A stretch of DNA of 63,973 bases, filler included, from Pirum gemmata (Eukaryota): the NCBI GenBank assembly GCA_002812295.1. It is 21 parts of 21 records of this genome, joined end to end, with 100 filler letters (N's around TTAATTAATTAA, not from the genome) between each part and the next. Parts side by side here need not be neighbours in the genome. Positions count along the whole stretch, not along the records: positions 24,521 to 27,363 come from PDIN01004330.1; positions 27,464 to 30,298 come from PDIN01004331.1; positions 30,399 to 33,248 come from PDIN01004332.1; positions 33,349 to 36,205 come from PDIN01004333.1; 17 more parts are not named here. One strand, 5' to 3'. Made by a program: the position numbers and the translations under genes. Every line of letters begins with the position of its first letter. Within the stretch, counting starts at the first letter, position 1. Shown here piece by piece: positions 24,649-36,305 of the stretch. The notes under the pieces are model-generated. The model was given only the letters and a program-made list of their open reading frames with translations. It had not been told where the DNA came from and made no database searches.

Positions 24649-25627
24649 CTTTACAAGCACAAGGTGTTTTCAAAGGGGCCTTTTCCGTACTACCTCCTTC
24701 GCAAATCATGCAAATCCTATAATCAAGAGCAACACTGTCAAATCCCTCCCGGCTATAGCTACTGATTTGTGATAGATCTAAAAAATCATTACTATTCTTC
24801 TTAACAACACCACGTTTCACCGTTTCCATAACAGATTGAAGCTCTTCAAATTCAATGTCCTCAATATTTTCGAAAACTACATTGTTGCTGCTTGAATTTT
24901 TACTGGGATTTCTACTATTGTCATTGCTACTTATTTCGAATTCAGACCTACCATCATCACTGATAGCGTGTTGTTCAAGCGACTCTGTCCCCAGCTTTTT
25001 ACTAAGTTCGGAGGTTAAACTATCTCGTAGTAACTTAGGTGACCTATTTGGCGATTTAATAGGGGTTTTTTGTTGTTTCACTTTTTTCAGGGATGTAGAG
25101 GGAGATTTACTTCTAGACCCTGTTGGACTTAAAGATTGGTGTAATGACGGCATAGATTTGTATTCTTTTGAAGATAATTGGGTAGTAGCAACTACGTTGG
25201 TGGTGTGAATCTGATCAACGTTATCTCTTCTGGAATTCGTATAAACAAAATTAACGCTTACCCTTTTAGTTGTTGAATTGGCCGGGTTGCTTATATCTGC
25301 GTTGCTTTTAGAAATATTAGCTTTATTTCTAACGAGAAATCCATTCCCTGGAGTGGTAGTTAAAGCTCTTGGTCTTGTGAAAGATGTTGAATGAGATTTT
25401 TTTTGACGCCTAGTTGTTGTTTTTGTTTCTTCAGTTGCAGAACTAGGCGGTAATGACGCAGATTTGAATTGATCGGTGGTAAACTTATCCGTTTTTTCTG
25501 ATTCTAACTCGTCGCCGGGTATATAGATCGGCTCGGCATTTAAATTTGCCAGGGATATTGGTCTATCTCTAGACTTCAACTTTTGGCTACGAGGAGTAAC
25601 CATATAATCACTTTCATGATTATTCAT
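24649..25627 (-). CDS. MARCH-type RING-CH (RINGv) E3 ubiquitin ligase, first exon with long S/T-rich N-terminus
   Basis: Ends in RICMICEGGSTEKAPLKTPCACKG|gtaa; PC.CKG is the RINGv hallmark. Confidence 0.8.
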
Positions 25628-25859
25628 TTTTTTTTTCTTGATAAGAACATGAATGTTGTAATTAAAGTATGTAATTAAAGTATTGTGTTATATAATATTG
25701 TCCAATGAACTAGAATATGGAATATGAAGAAATTAAATACATATTAAAAAATGAATACAAAGATAAAAAAAAAACACAGAAACAAACTAGGGAAACAAAA
25801 AAAAAACAAAAAAAAATAATTAAAAAAAAAAGATATTTGTAATGAAATTATTAGAAGTG

Positions 25860-26345
25860 GGATTAGTCAGTTATTAGTCACCGCTCAGTAGACGGTAGAC
25901 CTGAGGAGACTGGGGACCGGGGGCTAGCTAGCTAGCTAGTCCTAGCTAGTCTACTCGCTACGAGTCACTAATAAGACCCACTAGCTAGAGGTTATGATAC
26001 TTATTACTTACTGGTGTACCTAGCTAGCTAGCTAGTAGGGAGTCTAGGGACCCTTACTAGAGTAACTAGCTCTAGCTAGTAGTATCAGCTGTCTCTAGTC
26101 TAGCTAGCTTGTAGTCTGACGGACTCTGACCTAGCTAGCTAGCTAGCTAGAGTATCGATAGCTAGCTAGTTACGATCGTGGTGGAATGCATACATTGATA
26201 CCATCCAGATACCGGTACTACTACCTACTACTAGACTCTACTACTACTACCAGCCAGTAGACTAGCCCTACATAATATGATAGGTTTAATCCCCTCGTAG
26301 CTATGGCAGCAACTATCATAGCTAGTTAGCTACTAGCTTAGTCAC
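25860..26345. repeat. CTAG/AGCT-rich palindromic low-complexity tract
   Basis: Same word vocabulary as 10514-11420. Confidence 0.75.
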
Positions 26346-26715
26346 TCTAAATATTTATTTGGTTGGTTATGATATTTAAATTGACTCTTTAAAAGATAAT
26401 AAAATATACCCAATTAAATGAAATGGATTTAATTTGATACTCTTTTTTGTATGATATGCATACATTTTATGATGACAAAACTAGCTAGACCTAAGAAACT
26501 AGACCTAGACGAGTCACTAGCTAGCAGTAGACACTCACTAGCTAGACTCACTACTACTAGACTACTGAAAAGCACGATAAAAAAAAAAAGAGATCGGGGC
26601 CCGGGGGTCAGCGTCTAGTAGGGGGGTCTAGAGCTAGGCTCAGCTAGCTAGCTAGCTAGGTTAGTTAGGTCTATGATACACACGACGTCTAGAATGTTAT
26701 ATAATAAAAAGACCA

Positions 26716-27270
26716 CGAAAGCTTTTTCCATATCAGTATTTAATAGTATGATTTTGGGATTGCTTATCTCTTCATAAAAAAGTTGTGTTTCGATAAAGGA
26801 TATTGTTTCATTTATTCTTCTTCTTGCTACTCCACATGCTTGGCCTCCGCCTATGATGTGGGGCATTACTTTGTGTAATTTATCTGCTATTGTTGCTGCT
26901 ATAATTTTGTAGTCGGTGTTCAATGTTCATTAGTGTTATAGGTCTATATTTTTTTAAGTTTCATCTATCATTTTTCTTAAATATAAGTAGTATTATACCT
27001 ATATAGAAGGATTGTGGTGGTTTGTCTCCATTGTAGATACTTACTATTATATCGTTGATGTAGTCTTTGATATCATTCCAGATATATATATATATATATA
27101 TATATATAAGTATACCATCATAACCCGGTGCTTTTTTTCTCTTCATTTAGTTTATGATTATTTTTGTTTCTTCTATTGTTGGCGTGGTTGTTAGCATCTT
27201 TCTTAATTTTTTTGGTATTTTGTTGAAGTTTTTTAGTGTATTATTTGTTTTTTTGTGTACCATTTTTCTT
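26716..27270 (-). pseudogene. Decayed non-LTR retrotransposon reverse transcriptase fragment (L1/Tx1-like)
   Basis: KAPGYDGI...GIILLIFKK...YRPITLMNTDYKIIA...Q.CGV..R.I...NTDMEKAF; broken by a stop, a frameshift and a (TA)n tract. Confidence 0.88.
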
Positions 27271-27685
27271 TTTCTTTTGTTATTATTTTTGTTAATGTTA
27301 TTTTTTTTATTATTATTATCAATATTATTGATATTATTCATATTATTATTGTTATTATTATTANNNNNNNNNNNNNNNNNNNNNNNNNNNNNNNNNNNNN
27401 NNNNNNNTTAATTAATTAANNNNNNNNNNNNNNNNNNNNNNNNNNNNNNNNNNNNNNNNNNNNATTATTATTATCATTATTATATATAAAATTACTTGTA
27501 AGGTCAACGTAATAATGGATTTTCATATTAAATTTTCTTAAATGATTATATTACATAAAAACAACATTATTATGACTCTAACTCTATTTCTAATTTCTGA
27601 AATTCCTAACCCTGAAATGCTTAACTTTAACCTTAACTTTAACCTTAACTTTAACCTTAACTTTAACCTTAACTTTAACCTTAAC

Positions 27686-27942
27686 AGGAAGGGTGACAAC
27701 CCTCCAATATGACTCTGAAATTTTCATTTTCAGCTGCGGCTGCGGTTTACTATTTATAGTGAAAAATAACCTTTTAAAATCAACTTAAGTTACTAAGACT
27801 GTTCCAAAAAAGTCAAACTATTTACTATATACGGTTTAAAATTACTTAATTGGGAAGCCGTTAATGGCTGCGAGTTGCGGAATTAGTGCTGATTTTTAAG
27901 TGTTCATTTACTTATACGACTTGTATAGGTGTCACCCCTCCT
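27686..27942. mobile_element. Probable MITE with C/E-type termini
   Basis: aggaagggtgaca / tgtcacccctcct inverted termini; TTAA close to both ends; single copy in window. Confidence 0.5.
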
Positions 27943-28395
27943 TTAATATCAAAAAGATTACAATACACGGTAAATAAAATAATATGTGGAAGTAGAAAAA
28001 TTATTAATGGTATTATTATCAAATAGATAAAAACAAAAAAAAACAAAAAAACGAGTAGTTTTATCATTTATAATTAATAACTTACAATAACTTCACCGAC
28101 ATCTCCAACTACTTTTTGTAATACCTTTTGCAAGATAATACTATCTATAATATGTTATTAATATATAATAGTAATAAAATAATATGTTGTTTTTTAAAAA
28201 AATTAATTTTAAAATATTGAATACGTAAATAGATATGTATAATAGATAATTATAAAATAAGTTTGTAAACATACATGTATACTAATTGCAATTCAATATT
28301 CAGTTCAGTATTCTTTTCCGCTATTTTTCGAAGAAGCGAAGCTTCACTGAAGCTTCACACACACTCTTCTCACTACTACTAGCTAGTATCTGATA

Positions 28396-28639
28396 GTACG
28401 AGCTTCTCATGGGTTTCGTCAACATACCCCCTGCGTCTGTACGAGCTTCTCATGGGTTTCGTCAACATACCCCCTGCGTCTGTACGAGCTTCTCATGGGT
28501 TTCGTCAACATACCCCCTGCGTCTGTACGAGCTTCTCATGGNACCCCCTGCGTCTGTACGAGCTTCTCATGGGTTTCGTCAACATACCCCCTGCGTCTGT
28601 ACGAGCTTCTCATGGGTTTCGTCAACATACCCCCTGCGT
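28396..28639 (+). repeat. 43-bp GC-richer tandem repeat (gtacgagcttctcatgggtttcgtcaacataccccctgcgtct), >5 identical copies, probably collapsed
   Basis: Exact 43-bp period; single N at 28542. Confidence 0.92.
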
Positions 28640-28982
28640 GGCACTATTACCCAATTTTTAGGTCCATTTCGGAAATAAAAAAATGACAAATTTCCCACCC
28701 TCACATATGCATAGTCTGTTTATTTTAAAAAAGTGGATTTTGGCAAAATTTTGCATTATCATATTAACAAGTCAATTAGGAAAATGCTTGAATTTGTGCG
28801 TAAATTTTGCATAGATTCTGTAGCTAGAAAACTAAAAAAAGAAATAACACCCAGCTAGCACTACCAAATATGGACATAATTTCCAAAAAAACCAAAATAT
28901 CCTTTAAACTATATATGGCTTCTTTATATGTTAAAAGTATTTCCATATATAACTATACATGTTTTTTCGTAAAATGTATATA

Positions 28983-29350
28983 GTGCTTTTCAGTTGTTTT
29001 GTTATCATATAATAATACAATAAAGAGTACCAAATTAATACTATATAAGTCCATTTTATTTAATTTGGTATATTTTATAATATAATTATTAATTTAAAAA
29101 TATCAAATTAAATAATTTTAACCAACCAAATAAATATTCAGAGTGACAAAATAAATGAAAAGCACAATAATGCTTTTCAGTTATTTTGTCGCCATAAAAT
29201 ATACAATAAATAGCACCAAATTAATACAATATAAATCCATTTAATTTAATTGGGTATATTTTATTATTTATTTATTGATTTAAAAATGTCAATTTAAATA
29301 TTACAACCTACCAAATAAATATTCCGAGCGACAAAATAAATGAAAAGCAC
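28983..29350 (+). mobile_element. Head-to-tail dimer of MITE family B
   Basis: Copies 28983-29165 and 29171-29350. Confidence 0.85.
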
Positions 29351-29568
29351 GATATCTGATAGCTACTAGCTAGAGCAATAAAGGGCTTCACCTAATCTTA
29401 TACCTCTTTGTCCAAAACACTTTTGGTCATAATATTAAAGTTCATTTTAATAATTAATTACTGCTTAAAACAGTTAAAGTCACACTTTCGAACAATGACT
29501 TTTATCAAAGAATAAGTGACGTATTTTATATATGGATGTTCCCAGATCATGGCCAGATGGATGTTCCC

Positions 29569-29799
29569 AGTAGGGGTGAGATGACGTCATTTTATTATTA
29601 CCGAACAGCTACCGAAACTTTTCCGATTTTATAGTTTTCATTACTATTAATGTTAATATTATTACTTTAATTGATATCTACTAAATTAATTTACTATTTT
29701 AAGCTATTTAACTGCTATTATTAGTAAGAAAAACGGAACTAAGGTTGGCTCAATAAGCATCTGTTCGAAAATAGTTCCAGTAGATATCTCACCCCTACT
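29569..29799 (+). mobile_element. MITE family C, complete copy
   Basis: 14-bp TIR agtaggggtgagat / atctcacccctact; atgttcc on both flanks. Confidence 0.85.
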
Positions 29800-29935
29800 A
29801 TGTTCCTTTACGATAGTAGCTAGGTTACGATAGCTGTAAGGAACTGTAATAGAACTGCGGCAGACGACATGCCAGGCGTTGCTTTGAGGCGTTGCTACAG
29901 ACTCTCATTTTCATATTATTATACAACACTGGTAA

Positions 29936-30075
29936 GGGTGCGTTTAAACAATACATCACGTCAAGGGGTAGGTAGGTAGGTGGTATTTGACAGGAAATTA
30001 ACGTCGAGGGGAAGGTAGGTAGGGTATTTGAAGTTGTATTTAACCGGAAATTGGCGTTACGTAGTATTTGAATAC
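29936..30075 (+). mobile_element. Family A-related short MITE, right end degraded (fragment also at ~23470-23530 minus)
   Basis: Aligns with 34038-34183 (cacgtcaaggggtaggt...gaaattaacg..aggggtaggtagg...tatttgaag). Confidence 0.7.
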
Positions 30076-30438
30076 TAATATTAATACTAATATAATTATA
30101 GTCGTGATAATAATAATAATGTCATAATAATAATAATATGTATGTATCGGCACCGGTATATCGGGCTTTTAAAGAATACCAAATTAATACAATATAAATC
30201 CAAATTATAACCAACCAAATAAATATTCGGAGTACCCTAACCCTAACCCAACCTAACCCTAACCCTAACCCTAACCCTCACCCTCACCCTAACCCTAANN
30301 NNNNNNNNNNNNNNNNNNNNNNNNNNNNNNNNNNNNNNNNNNTTAATTAATTAANNNNNNNNNNNNNNNNNNNNNNNNNNNNNNNNNNNNNNNNNNNNAT
30401 ATCGTGATATTAATATCATATATTGATAGATAATAAAC

Positions 30439-31292
30439 CTGGGCATACAATTAAGCCATTTCCAAAATCCTCCTCCGAAATGACAGCAACGTTGCCACAC
30501 TCGCAATACAATACAGCCTTTGCAGCCAGAGCCACTTTCTTGTTTCTTGTTTCTTCCCTGTTGTCGAATTTTGCAGCATCCCATTCGCTAATATTGTTCC
30601 TAACATCATACACTTATATACATAAATAAATAGAAAAATAGCAAAAAGTATATATATATATATATATATATAAGTCATTCGACCAAGATATATGTTAATA
30701 CATCATTACATTAAAAATAGGTTTATAGTTTAACATTTCCGAAAGAAATTTGTTTCTTACCATTGAAAAATGCTGGACAAGATGGGCATTGAACACTGTT
30801 AAGAGTACTCCCAGCTTTGTCTGCAACTGTCTGTGTAATGTAAGAAGAAAAGCAAGGCTTGCAAAAAAAATGAATACCATTATCACTTCCTAAAAATAAA
30901 AAAAAACATTAATAAAATGGGATACAAGGTGAAAATATTAGTAATTTTACCAAAATGTTTTGAACTGAAGTTCAGTTTATCAGAAGAGAAGGAAGTGGTT
31001 GAACTATATTTTATCAATTTGTGTATTGTTTTGGTTTCAACTAATTAAGTTTATGCGTACGTTTATATTCTTTCAATTTAGACTTATGTAAGTACGATTA
31101 GTTATGGTATGACAGGTTTACCAAGCTTTGCCATTACTCCAAAATATACTTTTACTTACCACAGGGAACACAGTCTTCTATTGAATATTTATCAAAACAA
31201 ATCTGACAATCTATTCCATCTTCAAACTTCTTCGATGATTCATCACCTTGACTATTTGTTGCTTGTTCTTCAATTGCGTGTATAGATTCCAT
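30439..31292 (-). CDS. RBR (RING1-IBR) E3 ubiquitin ligase-like gene, partial; exons ~31292-31160, 30889-30761, 30612-30439
   Basis: Spliced RING: CQICFDKYSIEDCVPC-GSDNGIHFFCKPCF...VQCPSC, then IBR-like YCECG...IVCPG; all introns phase 1. Confidence 0.78.
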
Positions 31293-31728
31293 ATAGTATT
31301 CAAAATTGTATTTTTTTAAAAACAAATGAACATATTTCTGTTTCAAAAAGAGTATCACGAATATATATGTACATACAATAGAAAACAATGTGAGCAAAAA
31401 AGCCATTATAAAAAATACAAAAAACTAAAATATTAATAAAATATAAAAACGTAACAACAAAAATAAAGAAAAAAAATAACCCGTCAAGATTAAAGCTACA
31501 AATAGTGTAATATATTTAAGTATAAAATATTAATAATATTAATGAATTAACAAACAAATACAGTATGATAAGGATATTAAATTATCATGCTCATAATTGA
31601 AGATAATAATGAATGTTCGGATGATACTGGTGAGTGGTTGTCCTTGAACTGGTGCAAAAGTTGATTAAGTTTGATTCTGATATGGAAATATGATACTTAT
31701 AATGGATGCTGTGGTGGTGATAGTATCA

Positions 31729-32687
31729 TTATAATACTTGGAAGATTTTCATCGTTTCTGGGGTAATAAGAGGAATAGATCCGGTAATATTCATGTTTGA
31801 ATTAGATGGTCCAGGAGGTGATAAAGCCGAATTAATCTTTTTATTTGGTTCGGATGGTAAGTCGGGTGTAGCGAGATTTCCAATAACTTTATTCTCATTT
31901 TTACACTCCTCCACTACTATACTACAAACATATTCGACTAGCCCCCACAAAGGATAATTTGGTAATTTTTTATCTAACATAATACAATTATAATTAGAAT
32001 ACAATCCCAAAAACGAAACTAAACAAATCTCAAAACTTTCAATATAACATGATAATATATAAACATATGTAAATTATATCTAACTAAATACATAAAAATA
32101 AACAAATAAAAAAATATTAAATATTTAAATGTAGAATATATAAGTATATATATATATATATAATACCTAAACTAGTTTTTTCAAAATTGACTCGATATCT
32201 ATTTAATTTGGTTTGGGAAATGTCTGGAAATAAATGCTTTAAAAAGTTTGTACGAGCTAGTGCATTTATCTTTGGATATTGTAAGTTTATTATTTCCCAC
32301 TCTGTCAGGACACTATTAAGTTTTGATTTACCTAGTCCAAACGGGAGGGTGTATATATAAATAAAAAAATTACCTTCATTTTTTTCAGCCTTGTTATTGG
32401 ATTTATAATAACCAATTACATCAATTTTTTTGTTGTTGTTGTTGGAATATGAACAAATATTTAACAATACTTAACAATATATCAATCTTAATTTTCACAA
32501 TTTGAAATTTTAATATAATACCGATTTTGAAACAACAACAAAACAAAACCTTTTTCCATAGCAGATGGTTCTGGCTCTTTCATTTCCTCGTGCTTCCGTT
32601 TTCTTGGACGAGATCTGTTTATCCTACTTTCCACCAAAGGCTCCATTCGATATTGGTTATGTTCTGTAAGAAGATTTTGAAACATGC
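31729..32687 (-). CDS. Hypothetical multi-exon protein (exons approx. 32687-32550, 32469-32374, 32331-32167, 31973-31729)
   Basis: Four coding-like segments joinable by phase-1 GT-AG introns; NLS-like PRKRKH; no family recognised. Confidence 0.45.
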
Positions 32688-32761
32688 CTATGAAGAGGTC
32701 ACATGTGAGCTTTGGTTTCAGGTGTTATGGTTAAAATATTGATCTCCCTTAATATCAGCTA

Positions 32762-33248
32762 TATGATGATGATGATGATGATCATGATCATGATGATGAT
32801 GCTCATGATGATGATGATGATCATGATAATTGATGATAGTTGATGATAATTGATGATAATTGATGATGATTGATGATGTTTGATGATGATTGATAATGAT
32901 TGATGATTGATGATGACTGATGATGATTGATGAGGATTGATGAGGATTGATGAGGATTGATGAGGATTGATGAGGATTGTTGATGATTGTTGATGATTGT
33001 TGATGATTGTTGATGATTGTTGATGATTGCTGCTGATTGCTAATGATTGTTGATGATTGTTGATGATTGTTGATGATTGATGATGATTGATGATGATTGA
33101 TGGTGATTGATGATGATTGATGATGATTGATGATGATTGATGATGATTGATTATGATGATTGATGATGATTGATGATGATGATTGATGATGATTGATGAT
33201 GATTGATGATGATGATTGATGATGATTGATGATGATGATGATGATGAT
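32762..33248 (+). repeat. (GAT)n / (TGATGATGAT-T) microsatellite
   Basis: Direct inspection. Confidence 0.9.
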
Positions 33249-34037
33249 NNNNNNNNNNNNNNNNNNNNNNNNNNNNNNNNNNNNNNNNNNNNTTAATTAA
33301 TTAANNNNNNNNNNNNNNNNNNNNNNNNNNNNNNNNNNNNNNNNNNNNATAATAATAGTAATAATGGCTAATGGTCATGGTGGGGTTCGGCGAGGCTCGG
33401 GAAGAAAAAAGAGAATAAGTATAATAATCTTACCCAGCCAAATGCTCATAAACGAAGACATTATAATTCAGCACACTAATTTGCAGACAGAGGCAGTAAA
33501 CAGGCTAGGCGAAAGCAACAACAAACACAAGCCCAAAGAGAAGAAGGGGAGCGACAAAGAGAAGAAGAGGAGCCGACTTCGCGAGGATTATGGAGGCTAA
33601 AAGTTGTGATTTCCGTTGAACCATTTTAATAGTAGAGTGGAGTGTAGAGTAGACTATCATGATTCAAAACAAAACCAAAAAAGGAAGAAGCTGGCAGGGC
33701 AGTGTGGTGGCAGGCCCACAGAATTACAGGGAACGCCCAGTGAACGCCCAGAGATACATTGGATAGTGCAGCTCTGATAGTGCACCCATTTTGTCAACAA
33801 ATTTTGTCAGCAAATTTTGTTGCTAGAATTTTCTAGAATAAATTTTTGTATTTTTAAAAATTTTGTTGACCCCAATCCCCAATTAAAAGTATAATTGGTT
33901 CAAAATTAGACCAAAATTCTAGTTTTTTAGATTTTTTTAGGCTTTTTACGTTTTTAGGAATCCGAAGAACCCTAATGTGTAATAATATTATCATAATACT
34001 CATACATAATATGCATTGTGTCTGTTGTGTATCATAT

Positions 34038-34183
34038 GGGAGCGTTCAAATAATACGTCACGTCAAGGGGTAGGTTGCTTGGGTAGGTAGGTAATATTTG
34101 TCCAGAAATTAACGCCAAGGGGTAGGTAGGTAGGGGTATTTGAAGCTGTATTTGACCACAACGTAGTATTTTAAAACACTCCC
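34038..34183. mobile_element. Family A-related MITE, 146 bp
   Basis: TIR gggagcgttcaaataatacgt / acgtagtattttaaaacactccc; TAT on both flanks. Confidence 0.8.
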
Positions 34184-34343
34184 TATGTGTGACGTCTACG
34201 AGGGCTGGAGTCATTGGACTGGAGGATATGAGGAGTGTCGAGGACCAGATGTCGAGGATACTGGGAAAGTACCATTTTTGGTAGCTTATACAACCTATAT
34301 CTGTGCAATAATTGCCATTCTGTGGTCGTAATAATAGTTACTA

Positions 34344-34554
34344 GCTTCTCCCAATTTTCTTCTGTTTAAAAATCGAGATTTCGAGTCTATATATTAATTA
34401 ATAAGTTCGAAATATTCAAGCTTACAATTAAGTATTCAAATATATTTATTTATTAATAAACTCGAAAAATATGAAAAAAAAATCGAGCTGAATTTTGGCT
34501 TTTTTTTGACAGCAGAAATTCGAGTTTTCGGGTTTGGGCAGAATTGGGAAAGGA
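34344..34554 (-). mobile_element. MITE family F copy
   Basis: Aligns to 24054-24273. Confidence 0.8.
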
Positions 34555-35002
34555 CGGTCAGTGTGGTCCATCCTAAGTGGTTCTTCACTTGACGATTGCT
34601 CGTTCAATCAATCAATGTTTACATCTTATGCAAAATTTATTTAAAAACGGACGTCATAGTGACGTCATTAGAAAATGTTATTTCTGTCTTATCGCAGTAT
34701 TGTACTGTTGTTTACAAGTCATTTTTTCATCTTTTTTTATGTTGATTGGTTGACACTTGTAGGTTGAGAGTTGTTGATTGGTTGAATGTTGCTGGTGTTA
34801 GGGTGTTAGCCAGTGTTAGCTGTTTTTTTTACTAATATATAAAGTTTTAGAAAGTTTTAGAAAGTTTTAGTTGGTCCAAGACTCTTTTTTTTTTTTTAAA
34901 AAAAGTATATACATTCTCTGTATATATTCTTGTAGTTGTTGATTATCATTTTTTTAAAAAAAATTAAATCAAGTCTTTGTTTTTTTGAATTTTTGTTTAA
35001 CT

Positions 35003-35323
35003 TTGTTATAGTTTTTGTTGAAAATCTTGAACACTCGAATGTTTTCAATTGCCCTTACTGTAATGCAATCAATCTTTCACAATTCAAAACAAAATTTTTA
35101 CTTTTCAACATCTTTTCAGTTAATGCAAATTGAAAAAAATTATATTCAGTTTACCGTACCTTTTACTTGGTTTACAGCCAGTAAGTCATCAGCATTTAAT
35201 ATTAGATACCGGTACCAATATTAATAGTGGCCATGTTAAGTTCCATAACACTTCCACTGCAATATAATTACTCAGCATGGTAAACTTTCGAATGTTCCAG
35301 GTTTTCAACTACAACTATAACAA
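35003..35323. mobile_element. Possible old TIR/foldback element
   Basis: ~42-bp imperfect inverted repeat ttgttatagtt...gttgaaaatcttgaacactcgaatgttt vs aaactttcgaatgttccaggttttcaac...aactataacaa. Confidence 0.5.
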
Positions 35324-35565
35324 CTAATTATAAAACACAAAAAACAATATGTGTTTTTATAATAATAATGTGTGAACTCCGGATCCAAGGTTTACTTTAA
35401 ATTTATAACCAACAATTATTATAACGTCTATTTAACAATATTATACCTTTCAATACGGCACCTTTACTCAACTAAATAGCTACATGCAATTAATTATAAT
35501 AAAAAGGTTTAGAATAATAATAATAATAACAATAATAATAATATCATAATTATCATAATATTATG

Positions 35566-35633
<68 letters not shown>

Positions 35634-35637
35634 CAAG

Positions 35638-36198
35638 ATGAATCAGCAACAAGTCAATGTAGCTTACCCATCACTTGAACGAACTAAGTCTGGAAACTCT
35701 AACTACGCTGACCCACCTCCACAACAAGGTTACCCTTCACAACAAGGTTACCCTCCACAACAAGGTTACCCTCCACAACAAGGTTACCCTCTACAACAAG
35801 GTTACCCTCCACAACAAGATTATCCTTCCGGTTACCCTTCTGCGCCACCAGTCTACCCACAAGCACAACCAATTTATTCCCAACCCAACAAAGAAAATGT
35901 ACATGTGTATTCAGAGAGTCAACAAAATTTAGTAGCAGACGAAAACTACCCAAGCAATGCGTATCTAGTCTTGGCTTTGATCTCTTTTTTCATTTTTTTA
36001 CCTGTTGGGATTTATACAGTTTATTGTGCTATGCAGGTTTCAAATGCTATAGATAAAGGTAAAGCTAAAAAAGCGAGAAAATATGAAGGACGCGTAAAAA
36101 AATCTTGTATTTTAGCAGTTGTTTTAGGCACATTATTAATTGCTGTTGGTATTGCTATTTACATTGCAGTATTTGTTAACGTAGCTTCTGGCTACTAG
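35638..36198 (+). CDS. CD225/dispanin (IFITM/PRRT-like) membrane protein with PPQQGY repeats; intronless
   Basis: YLVLALISFFIFLPVGIYTVYCAMQVSNAIDKG...ARKY..RVKKSCILAVVLG fits the CD225 layout; true start taken as ATG 35638 after the poly-A tract. Confidence 0.82.
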   Translation: MNQQQVNVAYPSLERTKSGNSNYADPPPQQGYPSQQGYPPQQGYPPQQGYPLQQGYPPQQDYPSGYPSAPPVYPQAQPIYSQPNKENVHVYSESQQNLVADENYPSNAYLVLALISFFIFLPVGIYTVYCAMQVSNAIDKGKAKKARKYEGRVKKSCILAVVLGTLLIAVGIAIYIAVFVNVASGY

Positions 36199-36305
36199 GA
36201 GGTAGNNNNNNNNNNNNNNNNNNNNNNNNNNNNNNNNNNNNNNNNNNNNTTAATTAATTAANNNNNNNNNNNNNNNNNNNNNNNNNNNNNNNNNNNNNNN
36301 NNNNN

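Noticed and set aside
28396..28639. CRISPR array
   Set aside because: Units are head-to-tail with no unique spacers, no cas genes, eukaryotic context
33364..33600. Short ORF with GGVRRGSGRKK (AT-hook-like) motif
   Set aside because: Too short and at a contig edge; no further domain to support a call
34936..35133. FNCPYCN as an Elf1-like zinc ribbon gene
   Set aside because: No second CxxC pair, and it lies inside an inverted-repeat element
35563..35637. Poly-Lys N-terminus of the dispanin ORF
   Set aside because: Arises from a poly-A tract; ATG at 35638 is the more plausible start
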